A stretch of 8,999 nt of DNA, from assembly GCF_006345805.1 (NCBI RefSeq), contig NW_021828239.1:1-8999 (forward strand), given 5' to 3'. The notes beneath the pieces are model-generated. The model was not told the DNA's origin, searched no databases, and saw only the letters and a list, made by a program, of their open reading frames with translations. Of the stretch, positions 8,829-8,999 are shown in pieces; position 1 is the first letter of the stretch; each line of letters begins with the position of its first letter. The position numbers and the translations under genes are program-made. Source of the DNA: Octopus sinensis (lineage: Eukaryota).

Positions 8829-8999
8829 AGCCTTGTATTTTCAACTAATTATTTTTTCCACCTTTTATTGACTTTGTGACTTCCTCTGGAGGTGTTCCTA
8901 TTATTTTCTTATCTACTACCCTGTTTTCTTCACGATTCCCCCAGCCCCACTTTTTCTCCTTCTACACCTCCCTCTCACCTTTACCACGTTCACTTCCCA

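Overview
AT-rich, microsatellite-dense eukaryotic DNA, almost entirely transposon debris. The repeat families resemble octopus (cephalopod) repeats as I recall them; this is inference, not a database result. No intact protein-coding gene is present. Bases 1-1061 hold a decayed Penelope-like retroelement with a clear GIY-YIG endonuclease remnant. Bases 1500-3100 are compound microsatellites plus one candidate 51-nt minus-strand host exon (2164-2214). Four SINE-type insertions are present (3302-3623, 3666-3854, 6639-7062, 8164-8382). The dominant structure is 3875-8075, a nest of eight minus-strand segments interleaved with (TTA)n/(TAA)n arrays. Five are 5'-truncated pieces of two, probably three, R4/Dong-type non-LTR retrotransposon families; one shows a CCHC knuckle and a restriction-like endonuclease. 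Three are copies of a ~555-bp non-coding element ('X') with no ORF and no obvious tRNA head, always ending exactly at (TAA)n. X is the best candidate for an undescribed system: a possible microsatellite-targeted non-autonomous element mobilised by Dong-type machinery. It may already exist in repeat libraries, which I cannot check.
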